The notes below the pieces were generated by a model. The model did not search any database, was not told where the DNA came from, and saw nothing but the letters and a program-made list of their open reading frames with translations. A stretch of 64,000 nucleotides of DNA from Octopus bimaculoides (lineage: Eukaryota), in contig NC_068984.1 of assembly GCF_001194135.2 (NCBI RefSeq), forward strand, positions 85,589,073 through 85,653,072, read 5' to 3'. This document shows positions 60,997 through 64,000 of this stretch, in pieces (position 1 is the stretch's first letter; each line of letters starts with the position of its first letter). The position numbers were made by a program, and so were the translations under genes.

Positions 60997-61160
60997 CAGG
61001 TGCCCTTAATGTGTCACTGGCACAGGTGTCTTTAACGTGTCACCGGCACAGGTGCCCTAAACGAGTCTCTTGCATGGGTACCCTTAACGTGTCACCAGCA
61101 CAGGTGCCTTTAATGTGTCATTGGCATGGATGCCTTGAACGTGTCACCAGCACAGGTGCA
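60997..61160. repeat. 26-bp minisatellite, 6.3 copies
   Basis: Consensus caggtgcccttaacgtgtcaccggca. Units start at 60997, 61023, 61049, 61075, 61101, 61127 and 61153. Confidence 0.92.
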
Positions 61161-61322
61161 CCAGCGTTGCTGGGGGGAGCAGTAGGGGTGGTCCACCCTG
61201 GGTGGCACTTTTAAAGGGGCACCACTTTTGGGTCTGCTGTAAGCAATATGTGTTTTTTGTAGAGTCTGGGGGCAGGAAACAGAAGGGCTGCCCAGGGCAG
61301 CACACACACTCTAGCTACACAA
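61158..61322. mobile_element. Possible GC-rich hAT (Tip100-like) MITE
   Basis: Left cagcgttgctgggg...ccaccctgggtggcac, right ctgcccagggcagcacacacactctagctacac. Degenerate inverted ends, no clear TSD. Confidence 0.35.
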
Positions 61323-61399
61323 GTACGTGGATGCCATTGACATGTCATCAGCACTGGCCATGATTATGATTCAAATAAGCTTGACATGTCTTCAATGCA

Positions 61400-61590
61400 C
61401 AACAATTCGCCAAAAGTGTCAGTCACTTGTCATCGACTCCATGAGACTCAATATCCGAAGATCATACTTCACCACCTCATCCTTTGTTTTCCTGGATCTA
61501 CCTCTTCCACGGGTTCCCTCCACAGTTAGAGATTGAGACTTCTTTATGCAGCTGTCCTTGTCTATATGCATCACATGGCCAGAATTGAGT
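61400..61590 (-). pseudogene. RTE-clade LINE 3' fragment
   Basis: Homologous to 55400-55620 (gaagatcat.ctt.cacc...cctgga.ctacctct..cac.ggttcc...cagctgtcct). Confidence 0.75.
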
Positions 61591-62414
61591 AAAGCATTTG
61601 GGGGCTGTGTAGCTCATACCATTACCCCATTACCCATGGCTAATTTACTTACCTCTCTTCTTTTCTCGGTCTCTCTATCTCACTCATACACACACACACA
61701 CACACACACATTCTTTCAGTGTTATGGATAATATATATGTAACCTAATACAACCTGTTATATGCTTGGGTCTTTGGTGAGTAAACCACCTTCCCTCGCCA
61801 GGTTAACCTAGGGGAAATGGTTGCTGCAAACTAATCAATGCAAAATGTTGGTTACAGCATGGGGACAATGGCTGTCTGGCAATAATATAATATATAATAT
61901 ATATATAAACACAAGGAGTGATGAAGAGACTTGGACTCATTTGTCATTTGTTGTTGTGATGAGAATAGCTTGTCTTGGAGAGAGTCGGCCAGCTAACTTT
62001 ATAATGAGCATAGACCGTTTATTGCACACCCTCTTTTCTCTATCCTACAAAGCATGCTCCTTTCTTCATTTTTGCTCAACAATTTAACATCAGTTGTTAA
62101 AAATGCATGCAAAAAATTTGCCTGGTGAATCTAGTAATATTTGAAATGTTCTATGCTGAATTGCATCAAGGGTCATAAAATTAAGAAAAACATTCTCGTT
62201 TACACTGCTCCATCTACCTCTGTCACTTACCCCTCTCTTCCCTGAGTGATCTCACCTGCTTTCGTTATTCCTAATGTTTTACAATGGATTAAAACATTTT
62301 GCTGAAATTGTTCAGGATTCATGTAGTTCACTCACATTTAGTGTGCCCTGTGGTGTGACTAATGCACAGCACCAGTCCTGTTGGTAGGTCAAGCCAATAT
62401 AATCCTATCTGTTT

Positions 62415-62605
62415 TAGGCACAAGGCCTGAAATTTTGGAGGAGGGGGCTAATAGTTTACATTAATCCAGTGCTCAACTGGTACTTATTCTATCAACTCTG
62501 AAGAGATGAAAGGCAAAGTCGACCTCAGCAGCATTTGAACTCGGAACATAAAGACAGACAAAAGGCTGCTAAGCATTTTGTCCGGCATGCTAATGATTCT
62601 GCTAT
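62415..62605 (-). mobile_element. SINE-B
   Basis: ggcacaaggcctgaaattttgg...gatgaaaggcaaagtcgacc...ggcatgctaatgattctgc. Confidence 0.85.
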
Positions 62606-63424
62606 GGTTTTTGAATTTACACACAGTCAAAGTACCAAAGGTATTGATGGAAGCCATATTTTCTGCTATCTAAACATAGATGTCACTTAGTGGCTCACTA
62701 AATATACCAAGTAGGGTGTTAGTTCCTTAAACGAATAACACAGATTTATCATTACAACTGTCGGCATCAGAAATGCGCTGGTCTGTTGTAAACACGATAT
62801 AGATCTGTATTTTTAAGTCCCTTTATTTCTGTTGAAAAAGAAATGAGTTTGCCATCTTGTGTGTATGTGCAGAGAGAGAGAGAGAGGCATGAGACTGAAT
62901 ACTATTGATATAATTTCCTTGAGAGTAAGGCTCGATCTCTAATGCAATCTGTCGAGGGTCAAAACTATTTCCAATGGGATATTTTAGTAGAGTGCATTGC
63001 TGATTTGCTGTTTTAATATGTCAGCTACCTTTTGTCCATCATCTCGAGAATTCACAAACACACACACACATTCATTCTTTTATATGTTTCAGCTCTAAGG
63101 CTGTGGCCATGCTGGGGCACCACCAGTGAAAAATAAGCGGTACTTCTCATGAGACAGATTTGAATCTTTGACTTAAAGATGACTGCTGTTATTCAGCTAT
63201 AGTCCTCCGCTCTGCTAACTCAGCTATTGCATAATTTGTTATTATATTTTTTCCTTTGTTCTTTCCTTCTCCCAATCTCGTATTTAAACCATTAACGGTT
63301 TCTGATTAACACAAGCACTTGAATATGCCCCCCCCCACCACCACCACCACATCATTCCATCATAATTGGTTCATGGGAATTAATTGCTTAATCGTTCATG
63401 GGAGATAACTACTCCATGGAAAGT

Positions 63425-63680
63425 ACTTGCTGGAGCCTTTACGTGGATATTTATTTAACCTGTCAGAAATAGTACCCAGTCCTTCAAACCAAACCCTACT
63501 TCTTAAAAAAGAAAATGAATGTAATCCAAGTTAGATTTTAAGACGAACTAAAATGTGTTTCATCATTGATCTATTCAAAGAAGTGACCTTGAGCTAAATA
63601 GCAAGAACCCCTCCGCGTGGACACCCATCGGCTAGAAATATCAGAAAAAGCCCTCTCAGATTTCATCATAACTTAGAGAC
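63425..63680 (+). mobile_element. SINE-D heads, degenerate (two)
   Basis: ggagcctttacgtgg...cctgtcagaaatag and ctccgcgtgg...ggctagaaata. Confidence 0.5.
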
Positions 63681-64000
63681 TGGTGCCCGTGACCACTACC
63701 TAGGAGGAGTTACAATCACTAAAGTAAGGTAAATTCATGTGCCAACAAGATGTTGTAAAGATGAAAAGTATTGTTGGCTTGCTTCAAATGAAGTTTTCAT
63801 TTTCTTTTTAATGGTTTAGTGAGCGAGAAAGGGTAGCCTTAAGTTTTTTTCAGTATATTTGACACTAGTGGGTGAAAGGAATGCAGAAACCATGACCCTC
63901 ATCGATTATCCTTGGATTGGCAACTCAGTCTGATTTCTTTTCTTGCAGTAACATGGACTCTGCTGTAGGCATCCAACAGCTAGCTTGATTCTAATAATAG

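Noticed and set aside
60997-61160. Regularly spaced repeats resembling a CRISPR array
   Set aside because: The units are contiguous with no unique spacers, the context is eukaryotic and there are no cas genes.
63601-63725. CpG-containing open frame with a GTAAGG donor (ARTPPRGHPS...)
   Set aside because: It overlaps a degenerate SINE-D head, the acceptor is weak and there is an upstream in-frame stop.

Overview
AT-rich eukaryotic genomic DNA from a gapped draft assembly (five N gaps). By inference from the repeat content (tRNA-headed SINE families with CORE-like and V-like middles, dense (TA)n/(CA)n/(GA)n/(ATT)n microsatellites), it is almost certainly a coleoid cephalopod, genus Octopus. 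I found no intact, recognisable protein-coding gene, rRNA, tRNA gene or CRISPR array. The long ORFs in the supplied track are N-gap or microsatellite artefacts or transposon remnants. The window reads as intronic or intergenic DNA built largely from mobile elements. Retroposons: at least six short families, with my own working labels SINE-A to SINE-F, plus decayed RTE, R4/Dong-type and CRE-type non-LTR remnants and a Gypsy integrase remnant. DNA transposons: a full-length but dead DD37D (maT-type) element with both TIRs and TA duplications, decayed mariner copies, and several MITE families (mariner, Tc1, pogo/Tigger, Tc2-like, hAT/Charlie, piggyBac-like TTAA). Many insertions keep their target-site duplications and are nested, which gives a relative chronology. 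The most notable structures are a 228-bp fold-back hairpin with 105-bp arms (44532-44759), a CRE-clade endonuclease remnant, a Charlie/MER1-like hAT element, and a few splice-flanked open frames. One phase-compatible three-exon chain at 169-5380 ends in a TPR-like helix and may belong to an unidentified host gene. Family names and motif matches come from recalled consensus patterns, not database searches. I cannot support a claim of a genuinely new biological system here.
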